Shown here: positions 35,239 to 37,071 of the stretch, piece by piece | How the letters are laid out: every line of letters starts with the position of its first letter | Position numbering within the stretch: the first letter of the stretch is position 1 | Assembly (NCBI GenBank): GCA_041736175.1 | Contig: JBGSUI010000202.1 | Location: 1 to 37,071, forward strand | DNA from: Oligoflexales bacterium | GTDB lineage: Bacteria; Bdellovibrionota_B; Oligoflexia; Oligoflexales; CAIYRB01 | DNA length: 37,071 nt | Direction: 5' to 3' | The notes under the pieces: model-generated | Databases searched by the model: none | What the model was told of the DNA's origin: nothing | Seen by the model: the letters and a program-made list of their open reading frames with translations, nothing else | Position numbers and translations under genes: made by a program

Positions 35239-37071
35239 TCAGTATTTGATCATCTTTTTAAGCACCCTAAATGGCTGCATGACGTTAAGCGGTGCGCCAC
35301 CACCCGTCACCATCGTTGGGTCCTTCACATAGTTTCGGGAAGTATCAGAAGAGTTATACATATAGTCAGTGGCATCGGTAGCAGCGGAAAGGTACTTGTA
35401 GGCGGGCAACTCACTCAGTGCAATCGTGTGGTCTTCCTCTCCGCCCGAACCCGCAAGCGATCTCAGGGTAAGACCCGATCCTTGTCCGGCGCCGACGGAA
35501 ACTCGTCCGCGAAGATCCGGGAGGTTAAACGTGGTCGAGCCGTTCCCAGCTCCCCAGGTGGTTCCAAGAACCGCAAAAAGAGTCGCGTATGTCGTTCGCG
35601 AGACGGCGCTGCCGTCGCAGTCGAGATAGCCGGTCGGTACGGACGCCCCCGCAAAGTCGAGGACCGTACCCACTGGGAATACCGGAGAGCTAGACCAAGT
35701 CGTACCATCAGATGTCAAGACATTGCCGCTTGTCCCTGGAGCCACGGTCTGAAAAGCACTGGTGCCATTGCCGAGCAGCACATGATTGGCTGTAAACGTA
35801 GCCGCACCACTTCCCCCGCGGTTTACAGGCAAGCTTCCGGTCGTTGCCGCCGATTGGGCGAGGTTTAGTGGTCCGACAGTAGGAGTCCCTGTGGCTCCCG
35901 CTTGAAAGACTTCATACTGGGCTCCAGCTGTCGTTGCTGTGATGGCTGTCGTCCCCGTACCATAGAGCATCCCTTTGTTTGTCAAAGTGGTTGCACCTGT
36001 CCCCCCTTGTCCAACGCTCAGAGCTGTTGTCAGGCCGGCAAGAGAGGTGATGTCAGCATTTGCGCCTGAGGCTGCAGCCCCAAGACCACTGCGTCCTGTG
36101 GCGGCAGTGGTGCCACCGGTACCGCCGTTGGCGACTGCCAAGGAATTTGTGACCGCCGCAGACTGAGACAAATCCAAAGCTCCAAATACCGGAGCGCCAC
36201 CGCCACTGGGGATACGTAAGAGTTGATAGGCTGCACCGGCTGCAGTCGCGGTCGGAGCGGCACCAGCGCCACCACCCAACATCACGCCATTGGCCGTAAG
36301 AGCCGTGGACGAAGCTAACGTACTAGCCGCTGAAAAGTAAGGCACGCCACCGGAGGTTCCGCCTGTGATCCCTGTACCGCCATTGGCGACGGGGAGGGTA
36401 CCGCTAACTCCGGAAGCCAAAGCTACAGTAGGATTGTTTGTAATCCAACTAAGAGTCCCGCTACCGTCCGTTTGCAATACAAAACCGTTGGTTCCATCGG
36501 CATCAGGAAGAGTCCAAACTTTGTTAGCGGTTACCGTAGCTGGAGATTTAAGTCCTACATAGTTGCTATTGTCGTCGTCATTAAAGCGTAATTCGGTCGA
36601 TGCTGATCCGGTCCCATTGACTATGATATTTCCCGTCCCGGTGATGGCCGCTGAAGTGGTGATTGTCCCAGAGCTGTTAAAAGCAGTGGTACCGGCGATC
36701 GTTCCCGAGGTGATCGCGGAGCCAGAAACTTTGCCTGCGGTTGAGATCGTGGCAAGCTTGGTGTCAGATATGGCTGCTGAGGCGTTGATGTCGGCATCAA
36801 CGATAGAATCGTCGGTGATCAGAGCTGAGGTGACTGCACTATTCGTAGCGAGAGTTCCTAAACCTAAGTTTGTTCTTGCACTCCCCGCGTTACCGAGATC
36901 AGAGAGGTTGTTGCTCCCTAACATGGGTGTCACCCATTGCAAGACTCCTGAGCCATTTGTCGAGAGGGCTTGATTGGCGGTGCCATCAGAGGCTGGCAAG
37001 GTCCAAATAAAGTTAGTCCCCACAGTAGCAGGAGCTTTAAGGCCCACATAGTTGCTATCGTCGTTATCCCC
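35239..37071 (-). CDS. Tail-fibre-like adhesin with C-terminal phage tail-collar domain (5' end cut off by the window edge)
   Basis: Frame open to 37071 (GDNDDSNYVGLKAP...); repeated LPVANGGTG motifs; two NYVGLKxPATV...WTLPxxDGTxxxxLxTxGSGxLxW modules; collar PVGTVLDFAG...CDGSAVSRTTYATLFAVLGTTWGAGNGSTTFNLPDLRGR. Confidence 0.88.
   Translation of the reverse strand, partial: GDNDDSNYVGLKAPATVGTNFIWTLPASDGTANQALSTNGSGVLQWVTPMLGSNNLSDLGNAGSARTNLGLGTLATNSAVTSALITDDSIVDADINASAAISDTKLATISTAGKVSGSAITSGTIAGTTAFNSSGTITTSAAITGTGNIIVNGTGSASTELRFNDDDNSNYVGLKSPATVTANKVWTLPDADGTNGFVLQTDGSGTLSWITNNPTVALASGVSGTLPVANGGTGITGGTSGGVPYFSAASTLASSTALTANGVMLGGGAGAAPTATAAGAAYQLLRIPSGGGAPVFGALDLSQSAAVTNSLAVANGGTGGTTAATGRSGLGAAASGANADITSLAGLTTALSVGQGGTGATTLTNKGMLYGTGTTAITATTAGAQYEVFQAGATGTPTVGPLNLAQSAATTGSLPVNRGGSGAATFTANHVLLGNGTSAFQTVAPGTSGNVLTSDGTTWSSSPVFPVGTVLDFAGASVPTGYLDCDGSAVSRTTYATLFAVLGTTWGAGNGSTTFNLPDLRGRVSVGAGQGSGLTLRSLAGSGGEEDHTIALSELPAYKYLSAATDATDYMYNSSDTSRNYVKDPTMVTGGGAPLNVMQPFRVLKKMIKY

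Noticed and set aside
35239..37071. Prophage
   Set aside because: No capsid, terminase, baseplate, integrase or lysis genes in the window; upstream context is not visible.

Overview
Bacterial chromosomal segment. The gene content (many Cys-rich lipoproteins, an RCC1/Ig-repeat giant protein, a tail-fibre-like adhesin, ccsA-like-hemA-hemC-hemD, class II DAHP synthase) suggests Bdellovibrionota, probably Oligoflexia; this is an inference, not a search result. The window opens inside an IS200/IS605 tnpA with its right-end hairpin, which the ORF track misses, and closes inside a tail-collar fibre gene. Housekeeping blocks are HMG-CoA synthase, a histidine phosphatase-MoxR-VWA cluster, DAHP synthase, and a tetrapyrrole operon joined to a heme/B12-type ABC importer. 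Accessory genes are two ATPase/PD-(D/E)XK nuclease genes with repeat-rich upstream regions, an HNH lipoprotein, a two-beta-barrel plus matrixin operon, a patatin-like lipoprotein, a GT-C membrane protein and three large repetitive surface proteins. The most striking unexplained structure is a gap-free 95-bp direct repeat (27421-27515 and 31194-31288) with a predicted bottom-strand hairpin. It brackets a 3773-bp unit carrying one modular adhesin-like gene, which itself contains a 609-bp-period internal duplication. This looks like a surface-protein cassette or a shared structured leader. No rRNA, tRNA or CRISPR array was seen.
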